A stretch of 64,000 nucleotides of DNA, from NCBI RefSeq assembly GCF_039541115.1, contig NZ_BAABFP010000004.1, positions 62,001 to 126,000 of the forward strand, given 5' to 3'. Position numbers and translations under genes: made by a program. Under the pieces are notes generated by a model. It did no database searches and was not told the DNA's origin. It was given only the letters and a program-made list of their open reading frames with translations. Position 1 is the first letter of the stretch; each line of letters opens with the position of its first letter. The stretch is from Angustibacter luteus (lineage in GTDB: Bacteria; Actinomycetota; Actinomycetes; Actinomycetales; Angustibacteraceae). This document shows positions 1-9,674 of the stretch, piece after piece.

Positions 1-3
1 ACG

Positions 4-996
4 GTGCTCGTCGCGGCCGGCCGCGGCCTGGCGTGGACGGCCCGCGCCGCGTGGCGCTCACGCCGCGTCCGGGTCGCCCTGCTGGTACCGGTGCTCGCGG
101 TCGGCTCGACGGTGGGCTTCGCGGCGCCGCGCGACGCGTCGGCCGGGATCGACGTCGGCAGCAAGGGACGCCGCTACCTGGCCCACGGACTCACGGCCGA
201 CCAGATCAGCCAGGTGACCGGGAAGCCTGCACGGCAACCGATCCGGACCTACGTCGGGCTCGGCGCGGCCGCCGATCCGCAGGACCGGGCGCGGCTGGCC
301 GTGCGTCAGCTCGACCAGCTCGGCGGCTTCGACCGCGCCGCGGTGCTGGTGCTGATGCCGACCGGCTCGGGCTGGGTCGACCCGGCGGGCGTCGGCGCCG
401 CGGAGTACCTGTACGGCGGCGACATCGCCTCCGTGGCCGTGCAGTACGACGACGTGCCGAGCTGGGTCGCGTACCTGAAGGGCGGGGGGGCCGGGCGCCA
501 GACCGCGACCGCGGTACTGGACGCCGTCCGGGCCCGGGTCGACGCGATGCCGGCCCAGCGCCGCCCCCACGTGCTGCTGTTCGGCGAGTCGCTGGGCGCG
601 CTGTCCGGGCTGCACGCCCCGGTCGGGCGGGCGGACGCCGCGCTGTGGGTCGGCGTGCCGGGGCCGGCCCGCGAGCGCGCCGAGCAGGTGTCGGCGGACC
701 CGAGCCAGCAGGTGCTGCTGCACGCCGACGACCCGGTGGCGGCCTGGTCCCCGGAGCTGGCGTGGCGCGACACGGCGCAGTGGAGCCGGCCGTGGGTGCC
801 GGGGTTCAGCTTCTGGCAGGGGGTCGGCGACCTCGTCTCGGCCTACTGGACGCCGGACGGCTACGGCCACCGGTACTCCACCGAGATGGTCGACGCGTGG
901 GTGCGGGCGGCGCACCCCTCGGCGGCGGGCAGCCCGGTGGCGGCCCGGTTGCCGCAGGTGCGGGCGGCGGTCGGCGACCTCGCGGCGGTGGGCTGA
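4..996 (+). CDS. alpha/beta-hydrolase family protein (Abhydrolase_9-like), probably 5'-truncated by the window edge
   Basis: PIRTYVGL, PTGSGWVD, nucleophile elbow GESLG, HADDPV and GYGHRY motifs. Confidence 0.8.
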   Translation: MLVAAGRGLAWTARAAWRSRRVRVALLVPVLAVGSTVGFAAPRDASAGIDVGSKGRRYLAHGLTADQISQVTGKPARQPIRTYVGLGAAADPQDRARLAVRQLDQLGGFDRAAVLVLMPTGSGWVDPAGVGAAEYLYGGDIASVAVQYDDVPSWVAYLKGGGAGRQTATAVLDAVRARVDAMPAQRRPHVLLFGESLGALSGLHAPVGRADAALWVGVPGPARERAEQVSADPSQQVLLHADDPVAAWSPELAWRDTAQWSRPWVPGFSFWQGVGDLVSAYWTPDGYGHRYSTEMVDAWVRAAHPSAAGSPVAARLPQVRAAVGDLAAVG

Positions 997-1013
997 TCGG
1001 CCAGGATGGTCCC

Positions 1014-1808
1014 GTGAGCTCCCGCGGCGTCCTCGACCAGCCCGCTCCCCCGCCTGACGCGGTGCTGCGGTACGGCCCGCTGCCCGAGCACGTGATCGAC
1101 GTCCGGTGGCCGGCGGCCGCCACGGCCGCCCCGCTGGTCGTGGTCGTGCACGGCGGCTACTGGCGCGAGGAGTACGACCGCACGCACGCCGGGCCGCAGT
1201 GCGTCGGGCTCGCTGCGGCCGGCTACGCCGTCGCCGCGATCGAGTACCGCCGGACCGGGTCGGGGAACGGCTGGGACGAGCTGTCCGCGGACGTCGCCGC
1301 CGCGCTCGAGCAGGTCGGTGGACTGGTCGCCGGGGCGGCCCAGCAGGCCGGCATGGACGTCGACCCCGCCCGCACGGTGCTCGTCGGGCACAGCGCCGGC
1401 GGGCACCTGGTGGCCTGGGCGGCGGCGACCCGCGACCTGCCCGGCGTCGTCGGCGCGGTCAGCCTGGCCGGCGTCCTGGACCTCACGCTCGCCGACGACC
1501 TGCGACTGGACGTCGGCCCCGGCGGTCCCGCCGTGCACGTCCTGCTCGGCGGGTCGCGGGTCGACGTCCCGCAGCGGTACGCCGCCGCCGACCCGACCCG
1601 CCTCGGTCCGCCCGCGATCCCGGTGGTCGCGCTGCACGGTGACGCGGACGACGTGGCGCCCCTCGCGCTGAGCGAGTCGTACTGCGCCGCGACCGGCCAG
1701 CGGCTCGTCGTCCTGGCCGGCACCGACCACTTCGCCTGGATCGACCCCCAGTCCACCGCCTGGCCGCACGAGCTGGCCGCGATCGACGCCCTCGCCCGCT
1801 CCCCCTAG
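1014..1808 (+). CDS. alpha/beta hydrolase (esterase/lipase)
   Basis: HGGYW oxyanion motif, GHSAGG, HGDADD and DHF; GTG 6 nt after CAGGAT. Confidence 0.85.
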   Translation: MSSRGVLDQPAPPPDAVLRYGPLPEHVIDVRWPAAATAAPLVVVVHGGYWREEYDRTHAGPQCVGLAAAGYAVAAIEYRRTGSGNGWDELSADVAAALEQVGGLVAGAAQQAGMDVDPARTVLVGHSAGGHLVAWAAATRDLPGVVGAVSLAGVLDLTLADDLRLDVGPGGPAVHVLLGGSRVDVPQRYAAADPTRLGPPAIPVVALHGDADDVAPLALSESYCAATGQRLVVLAGTDHFAWIDPQSTAWPHELAAIDALARSP

Positions 1809-1830
1809 CCCGCCGCCCCCACCCAGCCGC

Positions 1831-1890
1831 CCCCACCCGATCGTGGCAACCTCGCATCGCCGGCGATGCGTCGTTGCCACGATCGTGGGG
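1831..1890. repeat. long intergenic palindrome (REP-like or terminator)
   Basis: CGATCGTGGCAAC-ct-CGCATCGCCGGCGATGCG-tc-GTTGCCACGATCG (1838-1885) with C-rich left and G-rich right flanks. Confidence 0.75.
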
Positions 1891-1927
1891 TTGGGCGGGC
1901 TCGCGGAAGGCTAGGTAGCCTTCGCAG

Positions 1928-2956
1928 GTGCCCACGACCGCCGCTGCGACTGCCTCCGCGACCGCCGGCGACGTCCACGAGCGCGACTGGGACGGCGTCC
2001 GGCTGCACGTGGTGACCGGAAAGGGTGGCACCGGCAAGACGACCGTCGCGGCCGCCCTGGCGCTGGCCCTGGCCGAGCGGGGCAAGCGGGTGCTGCTGAC
2101 CGAGGTCGAGGAGCGGCAGGGCATCGCGCAGCTGTTCGACGTGCCGCAGCCCGGCTACGACGAGGTGCGGATCGCGAACGGGCTGGACGGCGGCGAGGTG
2201 TTCGCGCTGGCCGTCGACCCGAAGGCCGCGCTGCTCGAGTACCTGCAGATGTTCTACAAGCTGGGCCGCGCCGGGGGGCTGCTGGAGCGGTTCGGCGCCA
2301 TCGACTTCGCCACCACGATCGCGCCAGGCGTGCGCGACGTCCTGCTCACCGGCAAGGTCTACGAGGCCGTCCGCCGACGCAGCGGCGGCCGGCCCGTGTA
2401 CGACGCGGTCGTGCTGGACGCCCCCGCCACCGGGCGGATCACCCGCTTCCTGGACGTGAACTCCGAGGTCGCCGGGCTCGCCCGGGTCGGCCCGATCCGG
2501 CACCAGGCCGACTCCATCACCACGCTGCTGCGCTCGCCGCAGACCGCCGTGCACCTGGTCACCCTGCTCGAGGAGATGCCGGTGCAGGAGACGCTGGACG
2601 GCGTCGCGTCGCTGCGCGCGGTCGGACTGCCGGTCGGCGGTGTCGTGGTCAACCAGGTGCGCGAGCCGATCCTGCCGGCCGGCCGGCTGGCGAGCGCTGC
2701 CAAAGGCAAGGTGAACCGGGCCGAGATCGGACGAGGGCTGCAGGCGGCCGGGCTGGGCCACGCCGAGTCGGACGTCGACGTGCTGGTCACGGAGGCCACC
2801 GAGCACGCGCAGCGGGTGCTGCTGGAGCAGCGCGAGCGGCAGGAGATCGACGCCCTCGCCCGCCCCGTCTACGAGCTGCCCGCACGCAGCGAGCTGGTGG
2901 ACGTCGGCACGCTCTACCGGCTGGCCGAGCTGCTGCGTGAGCAGGGGATGGCATGA
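1928..2956 (+). CDS. ArsA/Get3-family ATPase (Rv3679-like)
   Basis: Walker A GKGGTGKTT, DAPATG; paired with a second ArsA next to whiB4. Confidence 0.92.
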   Translation: MPTTAAATASATAGDVHERDWDGVRLHVVTGKGGTGKTTVAAALALALAERGKRVLLTEVEERQGIAQLFDVPQPGYDEVRIANGLDGGEVFALAVDPKAALLEYLQMFYKLGRAGGLLERFGAIDFATTIAPGVRDVLLTGKVYEAVRRRSGGRPVYDAVVLDAPATGRITRFLDVNSEVAGLARVGPIRHQADSITTLLRSPQTAVHLVTLLEEMPVQETLDGVASLRAVGLPVGGVVVNQVREPILPAGRLASAAKGKVNRAEIGRGLQAAGLGHAESDVDVLVTEATEHAQRVLLEQRERQEIDALARPVYELPARSELVDVGTLYRLAELLREQGMA

Positions 2957-4110
2957 GCCCGACCACCCGGCGTCCGAGCCCGCAGCTCGACGTGGACGCC
3001 CTGCTGCGCGACCCCGGCACCCGGATCATCGTCTGCTGCGGGTCCGGCGGGGTCGGCAAGACCACCACCGCGGCCGCGCTGGGCCTGCGGGCTGCCGAGC
3101 AGGGCCGCTCGGTCGTCGTGCTGACCATCGACCCGGCGCGCCGACTGGCCCAGTCGATGGGGCTGGTGGAGCTCGACAACACCCCACGCGAGGTGGCCGG
3201 CGTCGACACCTCGGCCGGCGGGCGGCTCGACGCGATGATGCTCGACATGAAGCGGACGTTCGACGAGATCGTCGAGACGCACTCCACGCCGGACAAGGCC
3301 CAGCAGATCCTGGCGAACCCCTTCTACCAGGCGCTGTCGAGCTCGTTCGCGGGCACGCAGGAGTACATGGCCATGGAGAAGCTCGGCCAGCTGCGCGCGC
3401 AGGCCGACCAGGACGGCACCTGGGACCTCGTGGTCGTCGACACCCCGCCGTCCCGCTCCGCGCTGGACTTCCTGGATGCCCCGGCCCGGCTCGGCTCGTT
3501 CCTGGACGGCCGCTTCATCCGGCTGCTCGCCGCGCCCGCGAAGAAGGGCGGCCGGGCGTACATGAAGGCGTTCTCCGCCGGGGTGAACGCGGTCACCGGC
3601 ACCCTCACCAAGGTGCTGGGCGCGCAGGTGCTCAAGGACGTGCAGACCTTCGTGGCGGCGCTGGACACGATGTTCGGCGGGTTCCGCGAGCGCGCCGACG
3701 CGACGTACCAGCTGCTGCAGCACGAGGGGACGGCGTTCCTGGTGGTCGCCGCCCCCGAGCGGGACGCGCTGCGCGAGGCGGCCTACTTCGTGGAGCGGTT
3801 GGCGCGGGACGACATGCCGCTGGGTGGGCTGGTCCTGAACCGGGTGCACGAGGTGGCGCCTGGCGCGCCTTCGGCGGAGCGGGCGCTCGCCGCCGCCGAG
3901 GCGCTCGGCGAGGGCAGCGGGCACACGCTGACCCAGCAGCTGCTGCGGCTGCACGCCGACCGGGTGCGCGTCGCCGAGCGGGAGCAGCAGATCAGCGAGC
4001 GCTTCACCGGGGCGCACCGCACGGTGCCGGTACGCCGGGTGCGGGCCCGCGCTCAGGACGTGCACGACCTGCCCGGGCTGCGCGACATCGGCGCTGACCT
4101 CGCCGGCTGA
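2953..4110 (+). CDS. ArsA/Get3-family ATPase (Rv3680-like)
   Basis: CCGSGGVGKTT, TIDPARRLA, DTPPSRSALDFLDAP; ATGA overlap with the upstream gene. Confidence 0.93.
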   Translation: MSPTTRRPSPQLDVDALLRDPGTRIIVCCGSGGVGKTTTAAALGLRAAEQGRSVVVLTIDPARRLAQSMGLVELDNTPREVAGVDTSAGGRLDAMMLDMKRTFDEIVETHSTPDKAQQILANPFYQALSSSFAGTQEYMAMEKLGQLRAQADQDGTWDLVVVDTPPSRSALDFLDAPARLGSFLDGRFIRLLAAPAKKGGRAYMKAFSAGVNAVTGTLTKVLGAQVLKDVQTFVAALDTMFGGFRERADATYQLLQHEGTAFLVVAAPERDALREAAYFVERLARDDMPLGGLVLNRVHEVAPGAPSAERALAAAEALGEGSGHTLTQQLLRLHADRVRVAEREQQISERFTGAHRTVPVRRVRARAQDVHDLPGLRDIGADLAG

Positions 4111-4140
4111 CCCGCCCAGGCGGCCGGACGTCGTCCAGAG

Positions 4141-4191
4141 CAGAGAAGCGGGGCACCCGACGTCCGTCAGGTGCCCCGCTTCTCTGGTCTC
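4141..4191. terminator. hairpin terminator between convergent arsA and whiB4; copy 1 of a 51-bp repeat
   Basis: CAGAGAAGCGGGGCACC...GGTGCCCCGCTTCTCTG, 17-bp stem. Confidence 0.8.
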
Positions 4192-4219
4192 GTGCTCTGG
4201 TCCCGGTGGTTCGAGGGGG

Positions 4220-4552
4220 TCAGACCGCCAGCGAGTCGTCGTCGGCCACGCCGGAGCTGAGGTGCTCGGCCCGGGCCGTCTCGAGCAGGCGCCGCCACGA
4301 CTGCACGTTCGGGCGCTTCTTGAGCAGGGCCCGGCGCTCGCGCTCGGTCATCCCGCCCCACACGCCGAACTCGGTGCGGTTGTCGAGGGCGTCGGACAGG
4401 CACTCGGTGCGGACGACGCAGCCCATGCAGACGGCCTTCGCGCGGTTCTGCTCGGCGCCCTGGACGAACAGGTCGTCCGGGTTGACCTGGCTGCACGACC
4501 CACGTGCGGCCCAGTCGCGCTCCCAGACCTGGCTGCTGGTTGTCTCCGTCAT
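4220..4552 (-). CDS. whiB4: WhiB-family Fe-S transcription factor (WhiB4/WblA)
   Basis: Four Cys (C..CMGC..C), FGVWGG, DLFVQGAEQNRAKAVC; synteny with ponA and the arsA pair. Confidence 0.93.
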   Translation of the reverse strand: MTETTSSQVWERDWAARGSCSQVNPDDLFVQGAEQNRAKAVCMGCVVRTECLSDALDNRTEFGVWGGMTERERRALLKKRPNVQSWRRLLETARAEHLSSGVADDDSLAV

Positions 4553-4821
4553 CCCCGTACTCACCCTCTGCTGTGTCCACCCACGAGCTGCACGCCCGCT
4601 GCGGTGGTGCCCCATCCCCGGTACTTCGACGGTAGGTGTGCACCACCTGGTCGGGCTATGACCCGATCCGGCCATTCCTGCGGGCCACGATGACTAGTCA
4701 TTTCGACGGCAACAATCAGCGTTTCTGCCATTCACGCCCGCAGGAATCGTGGTATTGAGGCAGGTCGGGTTACCCTTGATGAGGCCCAAACGGGTCCTGC
4801 ACGCCCAGAAGAGGAGCACGG

Positions 4822-7239
4822 ATGACGATGCGGACCGACGACCGCGGAAGCGGCTTTGCCGGCATCATCGCCCTGCTCGCAGCCTTCATCGGCACCGCTC
4901 TGGTCGCCGGCCTGATCGGCGCCGGGCTGTTCATGCCCTCGGTCGGCGCGGCCGGGGCCACCGCCCGCTCGGGCGTGGAGTTCTTCGACGCGCTGCCCAC
5001 CGAGTTCGAGCAGAGCCCGCTGGCGCAGCAGTCCAGGATCCTGGACGCCGACGACCACGTCATCGCCACCTTCTACAACGAGAACCGCATCGTGGTCCCG
5101 TTGAAGAAGGTCGCCATGATCATGCAGAACGCGCAGATCGCGATCGAGGACACCCGCTTCCGCGAGCACGGCGGCATCGACCCCAAGGGCGTGCTGCGCG
5201 CCGCCGTCAGCAACGCGCAGAGCGGCGAGTCCGGCCAGGGCGCCTCCACCCTGACCCAGCAGTTCGTCAAGCTCACCCTGCAGGAGAACGCGCTGTCCGC
5301 CGGCGACGAAGAGGGCGCGCTGGCGGCGGTGGACAAGAACTTCGGGCGCAAGCTGCAGGAGATGAAGTACGCGATCACGCTCGAGAAGAACATGACGAAG
5401 GACGAGATCCTTCAGGGCTACCTGAACATCGCCTACTACGGCGACGGCGCGTACGGCGTCGAGACGGCCGCCCGGCACTACTTCTCGACCACCGCAGCCA
5501 AGCTGACCCTGCCGCAGGCCGCCATGCTCGCCGGGCTGGTCCAGCAGCCGGGTCGCTTCGACCCCCGCAAGAACCCGAAGGCCGCGCTGGCCCGCCGCAA
5601 CATCGTCCTGGACCGCATGCTGCAGACCAAGGTCATCACCCAGAAGCAGCACGACGCCGCCGTGAAGACCAAGATCGGGCTGAAGGTGCGGCCCGCCGGC
5701 AACGGCTGCGACACCTCGCCGTACCCGTACTTCTGCGACTACATCTACAACCAGGTGCTCGACAGCAAGACCTTCGGCCCGACCACCGCGGCCCGCCGGG
5801 CGCTGATGATGCGTGGCGGCCTGACGATCAAGACCACCCTGCAGCCGGCCGCGCAGAAGCAGGCGCAGAAGGCCGTCTCGAGCAAGGTCGCCCCCACCAA
5901 CAAGAGCAAGGTCGCGGCGGCCATGTCCGTCGTCGAACCGGGCACCGGCAAGGTGCTCGCCATGGTGCAGAGCACCAGGTACGGCCGCACCAAGGGCAAG
6001 ACCACCGTCAACTACAACGTGGACAAGACCTACAACGGCGGCAGCGGGTTCCAGACCGGCTCCACGTTCAAGGCCTTCACCCTGGCGGCCGCCCTGGACG
6101 ACGGGCAGTCGCTCAACTCGATCGTCGACGCCCCTCCGGGCAAGTACAAGTTCCAGCGCAGCGAGTTCAAGCCCGGCAGCTGCGAGGACCTGCGGCCGAG
6201 CAACTACGACCCCGGGAACAGCGAGGGCCACGAGCGCGGCCCGATGACCCTGGCGGACGCCACCGCGCACTCGGTGAACACCGCGTTCGTCCGGCTCGAG
6301 GCGGAGGTCGGGATCTGCAAGGTCGCCGACATCGCCAGCAACCTCGGCGTGCACCTGGCCCAGCCGTCCGCGGCCGACCAGCCGGACGGCAAGCCGAGCA
6401 GCGACATCCGGCCCTACGGCTCGCTGACCCTCGGCATCGAGACCATCGCGCCGCTGACCATGGCGAGCGCGTACGCGGCGTTCGCAGCCGACGGCCAGTA
6501 CTGCCCGCCGGTGTCGATCACGTCGGCGACGACGCTGGGCGGCAAGAAGATCGCGCTGCCCAAGTCGGCGTGCGACCAGGCCATCAAGGAAGACGTCGCC
6601 CGCGGCGTCACCAGTGCGCTCCAGGGCGTCCTGACCCACGGCACCGCGGCGGGTCGCGGGATCGGGCGACCGGCGGCCGGCAAGACGGGCACGACGAACA
6701 ACTCCACGGACCTGTGGTTCATCGGCTACACCCCCCAGCTCGCCGCCGCCGTGTGGTTCGGGCACCCCAACGCCAGCAAGCCGATGAAGAACATCAACAC
6801 CGGCAAGGGCTCGTACGGCGGGCAGCTGTACGGCGCCACCGTCTCCGCGCCCATCTGGCAGTCCTTCATGAAGGCGGCCAGCGCCAAGCTGGCGGTGGAG
6901 AACTTCGGCAAGCCGTCGTCCAAGATGACCTACGGCGAGCGGATCACGGTGCCGTCCGTGACGGGTCAGTCGATCGAGGCCGCCACGAGGACGCTCGAGG
7001 GGGCCGGCTTCTCGGTCTCCGTCGGCGCGCCGAAGCCGAGCGCCGTCCCGGCCGGGCAGGTCGCGGAGTCCAGCCCCGGCGCCGGGTCACGGGCGACGGC
7101 CGGGACGACGGTCACGATCTACCCGAGCACCGGCGTGCCGCCGGCCACCCCGAACCAGCCGGGCCCGGGCAACACCCCGAACCCGACGATCACCGGGTTC
7201 CCGAACCCCAACCCGACGCACACGCGCAAGCCGCGCTGA
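4822..7239 (+). CDS. ponA: class A penicillin-binding protein (transglycosylase/transpeptidase + PASTA), PonA2-like
   Basis: EDTRFREHGG, GASTLTQQ, RKLQE, STFK, SVN and KTGT motifs; C-terminal PASTA-like domain and Pro-rich tail. Confidence 0.95.
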   Translation: MTMRTDDRGSGFAGIIALLAAFIGTALVAGLIGAGLFMPSVGAAGATARSGVEFFDALPTEFEQSPLAQQSRILDADDHVIATFYNENRIVVPLKKVAMIMQNAQIAIEDTRFREHGGIDPKGVLRAAVSNAQSGESGQGASTLTQQFVKLTLQENALSAGDEEGALAAVDKNFGRKLQEMKYAITLEKNMTKDEILQGYLNIAYYGDGAYGVETAARHYFSTTAAKLTLPQAAMLAGLVQQPGRFDPRKNPKAALARRNIVLDRMLQTKVITQKQHDAAVKTKIGLKVRPAGNGCDTSPYPYFCDYIYNQVLDSKTFGPTTAARRALMMRGGLTIKTTLQPAAQKQAQKAVSSKVAPTNKSKVAAAMSVVEPGTGKVLAMVQSTRYGRTKGKTTVNYNVDKTYNGGSGFQTGSTFKAFTLAAALDDGQSLNSIVDAPPGKYKFQRSEFKPGSCEDLRPSNYDPGNSEGHERGPMTLADATAHSVNTAFVRLEAEVGICKVADIASNLGVHLAQPSAADQPDGKPSSDIRPYGSLTLGIETIAPLTMASAYAAFAADGQYCPPVSITSATTLGGKKIALPKSACDQAIKEDVARGVTSALQGVLTHGTAAGRGIGRPAAGKTGTTNNSTDLWFIGYTPQLAAAVWFGHPNASKPMKNINTGKGSYGGQLYGATVSAPIWQSFMKAASAKLAVENFGKPSSKMTYGERITVPSVTGQSIEAATRTLEGAGFSVSVGAPKPSAVPAGQVAESSPGAGSRATAGTTVTIYPSTGVPPATPNQPGPGNTPNPTITGFPNPNPTHTRKPR

Positions 7240-7248
7240 CCGGGCGGC

Positions 7249-7707
7249 TCAGCCGGACGCGAGCTGGCGCTTGACCTCGGCCGCGACCCGGCCGCCGTCG
7301 GCGCGACCGGCGACCTGCGGCTGCACGACCTTCATCACCGTGCCCATGCCAGCGGGCCCGGCCGCGCCGGTCTCGGCGATGGCCGCGGTCACGAGCGCGG
7401 CCAGGGCGTCGTCGTCCAGCTGGGTGGGCAGGTACTCCTCGACGACGGCCAGCTCGGCGCGCTCGCGCTCGGCCCGCTCGTCCCGGCCGCCGTCGGCGAA
7501 GGCGGTGGCGGCCTCGCGCCGCTTCTTGCCCTCACGACGCAGCACGGCCTGGACGTCGTCGTCGCTGAGCTCGCGCGCGACGTCCCCGGCGACCTCCTCG
7601 TTGGTCACGGCGGTCAGCACCATGCGCAACGTGGCGACCCGCACCTCGTCCTGCTGGCGCATCGCGGAGGTGAGGTCGGCCCGCAGCTGGTCCTTCAGAG
7701 CGCTCAT
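7249..7707 (-). CDS. GatB/YqeY domain protein
   Basis: MSALKDQLRADLTSAMR...EYLPTQL...GRADG; conserved neighbour of ponA. Confidence 0.9.
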   Translation of the reverse strand: MSALKDQLRADLTSAMRQQDEVRVATLRMVLTAVTNEEVAGDVARELSDDDVQAVLRREGKKRREAATAFADGGRDERAERERAELAVVEEYLPTQLDDDALAALVTAAIAETGAAGPAGMGTVMKVVQPQVAGRADGGRVAAEVKRQLASG

Positions 7708-7746
7708 GTCCAGCGAGTCTGTCAGCCGATGGCAGGATGAACCACT

Positions 7747-8679
7747 GTGATCCCTGTGCCTGCCCGTGCCGCGCTGGGCCTGGTCGGGCTCGGTGCCGCC
7801 TTCGTGGCCGGCACCGTGGTCGAGAGCCGGGCCTACCTGCTGCGCCGCTACGAGCTGCCGGTGCTCGCGCCGGGCTCGCGGTCGCTGCGGGTGCTGCACC
7901 TGTCCGACCTGCACCTGACGCCGTGGCAGCGCCGCGAGCGCGAGTGGGTCCGCGGGCTGGCGGCGCTCGAACCCGACCTGGTGGTGGACACCGGCGACAA
8001 CCTCGCGCACGTCGACGCCGTCCCCGCGGTGCTGGACGCCCTGGCCCCGCTGCTCGAGCGCCCCGGGGTGTTCGTGCTGGGGTCGAACGACTACTACGGG
8101 CCGGTGCCGAAGAACCCTGCCCGGTACCTGCTCCGCCACGGCGGCAAGAAGCGACTGACCGGCGCGCGGCTGCCTACCCAGGACCTGGTCGACGGGCTGC
8201 TGGACGCGGGCTGGTTGGACCTGGACAACCGGCGCGACCGGCTGGACGTCGGCGGTCTGGCGCTGTCGTTCGTCGGGGTCGACGACCCGCACCTGGGCTA
8301 CGACCGGTTCCCCGCGCCGTCCGAGTCCGCGCGTGACGCCGTCGACCTGCCCGTCGGGGTGCTGCACGCGCCGTACACGCACGCGCTGGACGCGATGGCG
8401 GCGGACGGTGCGCGGCTGGTGCTGGCCGGGCACACCCACGGCGGCCAGCTGCGGTTGCCGGGCTTCGGCGCGCTGGTCACCAACTGCGACCTGGACCGCC
8501 GGCGCGCCCGCGGGGTGAGTCGCTGGTGGACCGGCGCCGGCCGGGTCGCGGCCGACCACCTGCCCCCGGACGACGCCGCCTGGCTGCACGTGAGCGCCGG
8601 CCTGGGCACCTCGCCGTACACGCCGTTCCGGTTCTGCTGCCGCCCCGAGGCGTCGCTGCTCACCCTCACCGCCCCCTGA
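7747..8679 (+). CDS. metallophosphoesterase
   Basis: DLH, GD, GSND and GHTHGGQ motifs. Confidence 0.92.
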   Translation: MIPVPARAALGLVGLGAAFVAGTVVESRAYLLRRYELPVLAPGSRSLRVLHLSDLHLTPWQRREREWVRGLAALEPDLVVDTGDNLAHVDAVPAVLDALAPLLERPGVFVLGSNDYYGPVPKNPARYLLRHGGKKRLTGARLPTQDLVDGLLDAGWLDLDNRRDRLDVGGLALSFVGVDDPHLGYDRFPAPSESARDAVDLPVGVLHAPYTHALDAMAADGARLVLAGHTHGGQLRLPGFGALVTNCDLDRRRARGVSRWWTGAGRVAADHLPPDDAAWLHVSAGLGTSPYTPFRFCCRPEASLLTLTAP

Positions 8680-8791
8680 CGTCCGCCTCGGGCCGGGGTC
8701 CGCACGGGATCCGGTTTCAGGGATGTGCCTCGGCTCGGCTACGATGACGTGGCTCCGTTCGACCAGCCCGCTGGACGTCGGAGCACAGCCA

Positions 8792-8868
<77 letters not shown>

Positions 8869-8895
8869 CGTCAATCTCGGCGACCGGCCCGGCAC

Positions 8896-9564
8896 TCAGG
8901 GGCCGCCGCGCCAGTGCTCGATCCGGTGGTGGTCGGGCACGAAACCGTGCTTGACCCCCCACAGCACCGCTTGCGAGCGGCTCGCGACGCCGATCTTGCG
9001 GTACGTCGTCCTGATGTAGGACTTCACCGTGTTGGGACTCAGGTAGGTCAGCGCGGCGACCTCGGCGTTGCTCTTGCCCTGCGTGATCAGCGCCAGGATC
9101 TCCGACTCCCGGTCCGTCAGACCCTCGCCGCGGCCGGGCCAGTCCAGCCCCGTCGCGACCTTCGCCCGTGGCGGTCCCTCCGTCGTGACGTTCTCGCCGG
9201 CGTGGATCGCCTCGAGTGCGTCCACGAGCTCGCGCGCCGCGAGGGTCTTGGACAGGTAGCCGTGCGCGCCCTTGTCGCGCGCGCTCGCCACCAGGTCCGG
9301 GTGGAAGTTCCAGGTGTAGACCACGACCCGCCGGGCCCGCGGGTTGGCCACCAGCACGCCGATCTCGGCGGCATCGGACTCCGGCTGGGCGAAGGAGTCG
9401 TACAGCGCGATGTCCACCAGGTCGTCAACGGGCTCGTTCGCATCCAGCTCGGCGATCACGACGCGGTCCCGGTAGGGCTCGAGCATGCGGGCGACGCCGG
9501 CCAGGACGACGTCGTAGTCATCCACCAGGGCGACGGTGATCGGGGTCCTCGGCTCGGCTGCCAC
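8896..9564 (-). CDS. NarL/LuxR-family response regulator (no adjacent kinase)
   Basis: Receiver VALVDD...LYD...T...GYLSK; LuxR HTH LTDRESEILALITQGKSNAEVA. Confidence 0.92.
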   Translation of the reverse strand: MAAEPRTPITVALVDDYDVVLAGVARMLEPYRDRVVIAELDANEPVDDLVDIALYDSFAQPESDAAEIGVLVANPRARRVVVYTWNFHPDLVASARDKGAHGYLSKTLAARELVDALEAIHAGENVTTEGPPRAKVATGLDWPGRGEGLTDRESEILALITQGKSNAEVAALTYLSPNTVKSYIRTTYRKIGVASRSQAVLWGVKHGFVPDHHRIEHWRGGP

Positions 9565-9574
9565 CCGGCAACTC

Positions 9575-9630
9575 TACCTACCTAGGGGTGTACCCACCCC
9601 ACCCTTAGGGTGGTTATCTCTAGGGTGCGC
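9575..9630. promoter_or_regulatory. putative operator cluster (TAGGG repeats, CCACCCT-T-AGGGTGG palindrome)
   Basis: Palindrome 9599-9613; TAGGG at 9583, 9606 and 9621 between divergent genes. Confidence 0.5.
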
Positions 9631-9674
9631 GTCCGTCTCGGACAGCGCCTTAGCCCCAATGAGAGAGGCACCTC

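Noticed and set aside
1928..4110. Arsenic resistance operon
   Set aside because: No arsB, arsC, arsR or arsD. This is the conserved actinobacterial Get3-like pair beside whiB4-ponA.
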